Shown: piece after piece, positions 63,398 to 64,000 of the stretch
How positions within the stretch are numbered: the first letter of the stretch is position 1
How the letters are laid out: every line of letters begins with the position of its first letter
NCBI GenBank assembly: GCA_036630325.1
Contig: CP142727.1
Location: 1,240,001 to 1,304,000 of the forward strand
Length of the DNA stretch: 64,000 nt
Source of the DNA: Vairimorpha necatrix
Lineage: Eukaryota
Direction of reading: 5' to 3'
Position numbers and translations under genes: made by a program
Notes under the pieces: model-generated
What the model was told of the DNA's origin: nothing
Databases searched by the model: none
Seen by the model: the letters and a program-made list of their open reading frames with translations, nothing else

Positions 63398-63844
63398 GGC
63401 TAAAGAGAACTTACAGCCCCCGCATTTGAGGCGCTACGATTTTTTTTTCGAACCCCAAAAATGAAGTGTAAAAAAAGGAGGAGCAAAGAAGAGACGAAAA
63501 TTACTAGGCACTTATGATATTAAAAATACTAAATAAAAATATGCTTTTATACAAAAATTAATTTTTAATACATGTTTTTTACAAAATTATAAACCAATAA
63601 GCATTTTTTGCAATTCTGATTTTTTAGAATTGGGGACAAAAAACGCTCCCCTCTGAGGGCGTTCACTTTATTATTTTGAACCCCAAAAACGAAGTGCAAA
63701 ATAAAGGAGAAGCAATCATTAGTACTCAAATTACTTGCATCTTCAAACAGTAAAAATACCAAATAAATATATATTCTTATACGAAATTTAATTTAAAAAA
63801 AGAATATAACCATAAAACTTTATAATTCTAAATAACTTAACATA
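63398..63844. mobile_element. MITE family copy D, left half, interrupted by a retrotransposon
   Basis: Starts GGCTAAAGAGAACTTACAGCCCC; collinear with copies B and C up to ...AACTTAACATA, then similarity stops abruptly. Confidence 0.85.
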
Positions 63845-64000
63845 TGTCTTTATTTATCATAATGGGGATAGAAATTATACAAATATATCACATCCCCCCC
63901 TCAAGACGGTTAGTCTCATCTAATTTTCACATCTACCCCAAGCATACCCTTCAGATCATAATGTCTCTTCTTCACAAGCCTACCATTACTAAGTTTTACA
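63845..64000 (-). mobile_element. 3' end of a Ty3/gypsy LTR retrotransposon (integrase C-terminus, PPT, very short LTR), continuing beyond the window
   Basis: Minus frame 63999-63916 reads VKLSNGRLVKKRHYDLKGMLGVDVKIR*; PPT GAGGGGGGGA (63893-63902) abuts a TGT...ACA segment (63845-63892). Confidence 0.75.

Overview
Very AT-rich eukaryotic DNA that looks microsporidian (Nosema/Vairimorpha-like). This is inferred from the compact intron-less core genes, the CCC motif just upstream of most start codons and the gene set. A dense core-gene block at 0-9 kb (C2-domain protein, NudC, MscS channel, CDC48, a membrane protein) and a small core island at 31-33 kb (Rad21/Rec8 kleisin, BCP1-like) lie in a gene-sparse compartment. 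That compartment holds: (i) a family of lineage-specific signal-peptide proteins with a shared helical C-terminal domain (4 clear members, 2 distant ones, 1 pseudogene), three with a shared upstream DNA motif; (ii) a ~1244-aa repeat-rich type-I membrane protein gene split by two compensating frameshifts; (iii) Merlin-like DNA transposon material (a decayed transposase and five GG-ended MITEs, with clean 8- and 9-bp TSDs in two). Two of these MITEs carry a perfect 34-bp hairpin with compensatory changes, and each complete copy has its own homogenised TIRs; (iv) Ty3/gypsy remnants with unusually short LTRs; (v) a ~790-bp tRNA-Gly-derived SINE-like element. All calls come from reading the sequence by eye; no database search or folding program was run.
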